A stretch of DNA of 54,724 nucleotides from Fidelibacterota bacterium (GTDB lineage Bacteria; Fidelibacterota; Marinisomatia; Marinisomatales; UBA2128): contig JBHHUM010000007.1 in the NCBI GenBank assembly GCA_046861645.1, positions 1 through 54,724 on the forward strand, given 5' to 3'. Position numbers and translations under genes: made by a program. Positions within the stretch are counted from its first letter, which is position 1. The number at the start of each line of letters is the position of its first letter. This document shows positions 49,518-54,724 of this stretch, one piece after another. The notes beneath the pieces are model-generated. The model made no database searches. It was not told where the DNA came from and saw only the letters and a program-made list of their open reading frames with translations.

Positions 49518-50286
49518 TGCGATCGAAAACTTTCCAGGTCGCTAATTTAATCAATGAATCCTCATGCGTTAAGTTGTAGTGTAGAGGAGTAACAGACACG
49601 AATTTTCTATCAAGGGCAATGTCATCAACTTCTAAATCTTCATCGGGTTGTACAAGAAAACCATCCATCCAGTAATAAGTCCTCTTGCGAGGATCGACCC
49701 GTTTGTCAAAAGTTTCTTCATAGTAACTTCTTCCCTGACGAGTTAGTTTAATCCCCACTATTTCGCTTTCCGATAGAGCCGGAACATTGATATTAAGAGC
49801 TACTCCAGGGGGCAGTCCATTCTTCAACACCATCCTAGCAAACTGCTCAGCTATTTCCCCGGCATATTCAAATTCGTGACTGATCCAGGAATCGAGTGAT
49901 ATTGCAATGGATGGAACTCCAAGAATAACACCCTCTGTAGCAGCGGATACAGTCCCGGAATAGAGGATACTCATACCTACATTGGCGCCGTGATTTATTC
50001 CCGATAGAATTAAATCAGGCTTACGTAATAAGAGGGCTCGTACTGCCAATTTCACACAATCTGCTGGCGTACCCCCGATGGCAAAACCATTAATTCCATC
50101 CTCTTCAGGAAGTTCTCGAATACGAATTGGATCTGAAATGGTGATAGCATGTCCAACAGCACTCTTTTCAGTTTCCGGTGCCACGACGACTACTTGTCCT
50201 AAATCCGAAACCGCTTCTCTCAGGGCTGCAATTCCCTCAGAACTGATGCCATCATCATTGGTTACGAGTATCAGCGGCTCAGGCAT
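49507..50286 (-). CDS. surE: 5'/3'-nucleotidase SurE
   Basis: LVTNDDGI, GTPADCV, SGINHGAN..YSGTVSAA.EG; ATG at 50286. Confidence 0.96.
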   Translation of the reverse strand: MPEPLILVTNDDGISSEGIAALREAVSDLGQVVVVAPETEKSAVGHAITISDPIRIRELPEEDGINGFAIGGTPADCVKLAVRALLLRKPDLILSGINHGANVGMSILYSGTVSAATEGVILGVPSIAISLDSWISHEFEYAGEIAEQFARMVLKNGLPPGVALNINVPALSESEIVGIKLTRQGRSYYEETFDKRVDPRKRTYYWMDGFLVQPDEDLEVDDIALDRKFVSVTPLHYNLTHEDSLIKLATWKVFDRSGS

Positions 50287-51121
50287 AGACAAAATTGATA
50301 ATCCTAATCAGGATCTCTTTCATTTCACGGCGGGACACTATATGGTCAATAAAGCCTTTTTCCAAAACAAACTCTGCCCGTTGGAATCCTTCAGGAAGAT
50401 CCTGACCGATGGTTTGTTTAATCACCCGGGGGCCAGCAAAACCGATCAAGGCGCCAGGTTCAGCCAGGATAAAATCACCTAACATGGCGTAACTGGCGGT
50501 AACTCCTCCAGTAGTAGGGTCAGTAAGGATGGATATATGGAGCCCACCTTTTTCCGTTAATTGGGCTAACTTAGCCGATGTCTTGGCCATCTGCATGAGG
50601 GAGAAAATCCCTTCCTGCATCCGGGCTCCCCCTGAAGCAGAAATGGTTATGAGGGGTAAAGATTCATCGACAGCATAGGTTATAGCACGGGACAGCTTCT
50701 CTCCAACTACGGATCCCATGCTACCACCAATAAAGGAAAAGTCCATAATAGCTAAAATCACCTGGTGCCCTCCAATCCTTCCAGTGACCGTACGGAGAAC
50801 CTCTTTCTGCCCGGTTTTCTCCTGAGCTGCAGCCACCTGATCTGTGTATTTCTTTCGGGCGTGAAAATTAAGAGGATCACCGGGAATTAATCCAGCATCA
50901 CGTTCTTCATATTTACCGCCGTCTAAAAGCAAATTCAAATAATCCTGAGGTTTGATGCGGAAATGGTACTCACATTTCTGACAAACCCATAAAACTTTAG
51001 CTAATTCCTGTCTAAAAAGTATTTCACTACAACCTGGACACTTTTCCCAAAGGCCATCTGGAATGGAACGGCGCTTCGTCGTTTGAAGTTTTTCCTTCTC
51101 TCTCTTGAACCAAGCTGACAT
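50279..51121 (-). CDS. accD: Acetyl-CoA carboxylase carboxyltransferase beta subunit
   Basis: C4 zinc finger (CPGC...CQKC), GGSMGSVVGEK, SGGARMQEG, PTTGGVTAS, GFAGPRVI. Confidence 0.97.
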   Translation of the reverse strand: MSAWFKREKEKLQTTKRRSIPDGLWEKCPGCSEILFRQELAKVLWVCQKCEYHFRIKPQDYLNLLLDGGKYEERDAGLIPGDPLNFHARKKYTDQVAAAQEKTGQKEVLRTVTGRIGGHQVILAIMDFSFIGGSMGSVVGEKLSRAITYAVDESLPLITISASGGARMQEGIFSLMQMAKTSAKLAQLTEKGGLHISILTDPTTGGVTASYAMLGDFILAEPGALIGFAGPRVIKQTIGQDLPEGFQRAEFVLEKGFIDHIVSRREMKEILIRIINFVYA

Positions 51122-51234
51122 GTTATCTCAATTTCACTAATTTAGAAGACAATTCCAATAATCGTTAGACGTTATACGATAGATGATAGATGTTTGACAA
51201 TATTACTAGAAAGTGTTATTCAAACAGCACCTTT

Positions 51235-51308
51235 CATCTACTCCCAAAGGTTGGGATACGAAAACAAATCTACATCTTCGGTAACGACTCATTAATAAAT
51301 CTTCATCA
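51235..51308. repeat. Degenerate ~75-bp direct repeat, copy A
   Basis: Colinear blocks shared with 54564..54642: catctactcccaaa, ggatac, ggta, actcattaat, aatct.c.tca. Confidence 0.75.
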
Positions 51309-54300
51309 TTTCAGCAAAATCATCTTCCTGGTTTGCACAAACCCTTCTGCCTTGATCTGGTACAGGTACACACCCGCACTCACTGGTTCATTAAAACTGT
51401 CCGTGCCATCCCATACTACTTTATGATAACCACTCACCAGTTCACCATTTACCAGTTCTTTTACCTCCCTGCCCAGTATATCGTAGATGACAATTTTCAC
51501 GTGACTTTGTTCAGGAAGATCGTACTTGATTAAAGTGGTTGGGTTGAATGGATTGGGATAGTTCTGAGAAAGGGAAAAGATTTCAGGTAACTGATAATCT
51601 TCATCAATACCAGCTATATAGTCGAATACCACCGGGATAATCTGAGGTTCACCCCCAGGTTCATTGTTTCCAAAAATGAGGTTAACCTCACGATGTCCTG
51701 CATCCAGACCTTCAGGATCGATAGTTAATGCTATCGAAGCTATTTCTGAAGAATTGATGAATTCAAAGAGGGGTTCAACAGTTAACCAGTTATTCATCTC
51801 TGTGCCAAAAAGGAAATAGCCATAATTGTCATCGGGAGCATAATCAATATCGGCAAAGGAACCTGTCAAACTCTGACCCAGAGAAATCATTGTCATTAGA
51901 TCCACAGAACCGAATGAATTGAGTGGGAAACCGACAGTGAATTCATCACGATCTGGCACAACATCTTCATAGCTGGCTAAGGACACAAGGTTGCCACTGC
52001 TGTTCACTACAACACCGTAGATTCCTCCAAAATCACTAACAGCAATTATATAATCAGCTCCGAACCAACCGACATTCAATCCTGTCTCAGCATCGCCATC
52101 AGTATCCATGAGAATCGTATACTGAAACGCACTTAAGTTACCATAAGCGTGGTGAAATGAAACCTTTAGAAAAAGCTGGCCATCATGTACCTGCATCCAA
52201 GTCTCGTACAAATCCAGCGTTCCGTCGGCATTGTCTACAGGATCAGCATATACACGCTGCCAGAGTGAATCATCCGGCTGGCTCGCTGTCAGTGTCCTAT
52301 CCTCCTCCCATCCAGTCAAGAAGGAGAAGTCAACAACCGGCGGTAGTATCTGTGGGAGATTCAAGATTCCTGATGAACTCCAAAGTAGACCATCTATGGA
52401 AACAGGTGCAATGCTTACAAGCAATTGCCCACTGCCTGTATTCTCAACGAGAATTGTATCACTAATGCTTTCACCTTCCTCCAAGAAAACTACGATTGAA
52501 TCGGTATCCGATGAAAAGGCTGGGGCACTCAGAATAAATTCTAAGTCAGAAACTGGACCGCTTACTTCTCTGAATTGAGTTGGAGGCGATAGGTATTCCT
52601 CTTTGACAGCAGTAATGGTATAAAATCCCGGTAAGAGCTGCAGTGTAAATTGCCCAGCAGCATCCGTTAGTGTAGAGTCTATTGATTCAACACTGCCCTG
52701 TTCGTTTATCTTGATAAAATAGACCATCACATCCTGCAGCAGCGTGGGGCCTTCAATATCATAGGCATAACCGCCCACTGTGAACATATCAGTTTGCTGC
52801 AGAATTCTCAAGAGCCATCCATCCGGATCTATCTCCAGATTTATGACTTCCTCATCCATGGCAAACTCAAATGTCTGAGTTTCCAAGCTGTCCCAGATAA
52901 CAATCGTCGTGTCTCCAGAGGCAGTAGTCAGCTCGATATCCAACGGCATCTTGAACAAACCGGTATTGGTCTGTACCTGGTTCAGGACCAGCTTAACGAT
53001 GTGATCACTTCCTGCTGTGGAGTCGTACCAGACGTATTCGTAGCTGGGGCGATACAACCCATAAACCCACTGTTCGAAAAACCAGTCCAGGTCAGCTCCA
53101 TAATGCAATTCACATATATCCCGGAAGTTTTCTGTGGTAGCGTTTCCGAAGGCATATGTCTGCTGGTAATCCACCATTGCTTCAAAAAAGACGGAATCCC
53201 CTATAACGTGTCTTAACATGTGCAGCACCCATGCACCCTTGTCATAGACTGTAGAACTGAACAGGGAATTAATATTTGTGGAATCGTAAACAAAGACAGA
53301 GGTCGGGAAGAGTCCGTAATCCATGCCATCCATGTAATCAAGATAGCCTTGAATGCCTTCAAGATTCTCCTCCCATAATGCCTCCGCATATGAGGCGAAA
53401 CCTTCGTTCAACCAGATATGCGACCAATACCTCATGGTGATCAGGTCACCAAACCACTGATGAGCTAATTCATGAGCATTGATCCAATCATAATAATGAT
53501 TGCCTTGAATGAGCCACGACCCATAGCTGGTACAGGTCTGATGTTCCATAGCCCCACCCCACGGAAATTCTGCCATGCCGTACTTTTCCTCAATAAAAGG
53601 ATATTCTCCAAACACAGTTGCATAATACTCAATCATGGAAACGGTTACATTGAAATCTTCCTCAGCGTCAGCCAAGTCTTCGGGATAGACGAAGAACTTC
53701 ACTTCCATGGAGTCTGTAGCTGTTAATGATCCTGGAGAGGAATAGTAATAGTAGTCCGAGAAAACCTCATAATTGGTAATGGCAAGTGAAACCAGATAGG
53801 TGCTGATAGGATACCGTTCTGCCCAGAAGAATGTTTTTGTTCCGTCCCCATTGTCAGTCTCACTAATCAGCAGACCATTTGATGCTACAACCAATTCATC
53901 CGGCACAGTGATAATTATATCCACAGAGTCGGCTTTATCCGCCGGATCATCCTTACACGGCCACCATGTACGCGAGCCAAACGGTTCGCTCAGCGTGGAG
54001 ATTATAGGAACATTTCCATGATAACTAAAATCAAAGGATGCAAAACCGCCAGCGTCAACAGGGTGACCGCTGTAGTAGACCGTTACCTCAAATATCTCCC
54101 CTTCCTCATAAATTCCATCAAGTTCAACTGTCAGTTCATCATCAGCATGTGTGAAACTGAGGGATCCGCCCTCTGAGGTAACAGAATCAACGGTCATGTT
54201 ATCAAAGAAATCGAGTGTGATCTCGTTGAGTCCCGTAGTAGTTGATGCTGCTTTTGTTGTGACATCACCAGATACAATCTCAGTGGAGGGATCAATATCA

Positions 54301-54494
54301 AGGTTCAGCCGGTAGTATGTTACATCAAAATCAGACACCAGATCTTTGGTTATTTCTGATATGAACCTCTCCCCCATACGCAGGAAACGAGACCGCTCCA
54401 TCTCCCGGATTTGACTGTGGATATCCTGACCAAAAGCTAACGGAACAAAAATAAGAGCTAATGTGAAAAAAAGTAAAATATGTCTGGGTTTCAT
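51306..54494 (-). CDS. Secreted M1 family aminopeptidase with accessory domains and FlgD-Ig/T9SS-type C-terminal domain
   Basis: Signal peptide; WWPCKD.P.DKA, GAMEH, HELAHQWFG, WLNEGFASY, VYDKGA; C-terminal QNYPNPFNP...WDG...SAGVYLY...RKMILLK. Confidence 0.93.
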   Translation of the reverse strand: MKPRHILLFFTLALIFVPLAFGQDIHSQIREMERSRFLRMGERFISEITKDLVSDFDVTYYRLNLDIDPSTEIVSGDVTTKAASTTTGLNEITLDFFDNMTVDSVTSEGGSLSFTHADDELTVELDGIYEEGEIFEVTVYYSGHPVDAGGFASFDFSYHGNVPIISTLSEPFGSRTWWPCKDDPADKADSVDIIITVPDELVVASNGLLISETDNGDGTKTFFWAERYPISTYLVSLAITNYEVFSDYYYYSSPGSLTATDSMEVKFFVYPEDLADAEEDFNVTVSMIEYYATVFGEYPFIEEKYGMAEFPWGGAMEHQTCTSYGSWLIQGNHYYDWINAHELAHQWFGDLITMRYWSHIWLNEGFASYAEALWEENLEGIQGYLDYMDGMDYGLFPTSVFVYDSTNINSLFSSTVYDKGAWVLHMLRHVIGDSVFFEAMVDYQQTYAFGNATTENFRDICELHYGADLDWFFEQWVYGLYRPSYEYVWYDSTAGSDHIVKLVLNQVQTNTGLFKMPLDIELTTASGDTTIVIWDSLETQTFEFAMDEEVINLEIDPDGWLLRILQQTDMFTVGGYAYDIEGPTLLQDVMVYFIKINEQGSVESIDSTLTDAAGQFTLQLLPGFYTITAVKEEYLSPPTQFREVSGPVSDLEFILSAPAFSSDTDSIVVFLEEGESISDTILVENTGSGQLLVSIAPVSIDGLLWSSSGILNLPQILPPVVDFSFLTGWEEDRTLTASQPDDSLWQRVYADPVDNADGTLDLYETWMQVHDGQLFLKVSFHHAYGNLSAFQYTILMDTDGDAETGLNVGWFGADYIIAVSDFGGIYGVVVNSSGNLVSLASYEDVVPDRDEFTVGFPLNSFGSVDLMTMISLGQSLTGSFADIDYAPDDNYGYFLFGTEMNNWLTVEPLFEFINSSEIASIALTIDPEGLDAGHREVNLIFGNNEPGGEPQIIPVVFDYIAGIDEDYQLPEIFSLSQNYPNPFNPTTLIKYDLPEQSHVKIVIYDILGREVKELVNGELVSGYHKVVWDGTDSFNEPVSAGVYLYQIKAEGFVQTRKMILLK

Positions 54495-54563
54495 GAAAGA
54501 CCTCTTCTATCGATTATTGGTTTTTCAGTTACTGTCAATTGATCCTGTCTCCAAAGTAAAACA

Positions 54564-54642
54564 CATCTACTCCCAAATATCAAGGATACCATGAAAAAGT
54601 TTTCACCGCTGGTAGATACTACTCATTAATTAATCTCCGTCA
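54564..54642. repeat. Degenerate ~75-bp direct repeat, copy B
   Basis: See copy A; same orientation, on the other side of the M1 gene. Confidence 0.75.
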
Positions 54643-54724
54643 AATAAAGAGACATGGTACCCACCCTGTGGTAAATTGAAATTAAAGTGTTTATAGATAG
54701 AATCATCTAAAATAGTTACCGTCC
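54630..54724 (-). CDS. Possible 3' end of a gene entering from beyond the window
   Basis: Only one minus frame stays open from the edge: ...TVTILDDSIYKHFNFNLPQGGYHVSLFDGD*; too short to assign. Confidence 0.35.
   Translation of the reverse strand, partial: TVTILDDSIYKHFNFNLPQGGYHVSLFDGD

Noticed and set aside
49507..49530. Purine riboswitch before guaA
   Set aside because: guaA overlaps surE; no leader.
51164..51170. GTTAGAC integron core site / attC
   Set aside because: No correctly placed complementary partner site and no integrase; the 75-bp repeat lacks attC ends.
113..54021. Short ORF-track entries antisense to or nested in long genes (e.g. 4954..5244, 22283..22771, 25283..25690, 50078..50482, 52794..53216)
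   Set aside because: Shadow frames of well-supported genes with no motifs or translation signals.
1..54724. UGA-recoded selenoprotein in this window
   Set aside because: Recognised genes appear complete at their stops; I saw no split ORF with an in-frame TGA at a catalytic Cys position. A formal bSECIS scan was not possible.

Overview
Mostly core chromosome of a Gram-negative FCB-group bacterium outside classical Bacteroidota. Marinisomatota/Marinimicrobia-like is an inference from the gene repertoire, not proven. Most genes are on the minus strand. Left part: a TPP-riboswitch-controlled TonB-dependent receptor, an OPT transporter/adenosine deaminase pair, a PorZ-like protein, a site-2 protease, tRNA-Sec (selC) with a degenerate partial copy 270 bp downstream, a miaB-lapA-lapB-SPOR run, an M23 peptidase and a short RpoD-family sigma factor. 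Centre: a 1958-aa FG-GAP/ASPIC surface protein and a nine-gene envelope glycan operon (TPR lipoprotein, three glycosyltransferases, an AlkP-superfamily enzyme, two sulfotransferases, Wzx flippase, YfhO-type GT-C). Right part: PepP, a GAF-GGDEF cyclase, an ECF/anti-sigma pair, housekeeping genes (holA, putP, uppP, pgeF, glmS, guaA, surE, accD) and a secreted M1 aminopeptidase bracketed by a degenerate ~75-bp direct repeat. No CRISPR array, integrase, transposase or prophage was seen. The best candidate for an undescribed system is the sulfated-glycan/YfhO module, possibly linked to the T9SS-like (PorZ plus C-terminal-domain cargo) machinery. Functional calls come from motif recognition only; no searches were run.
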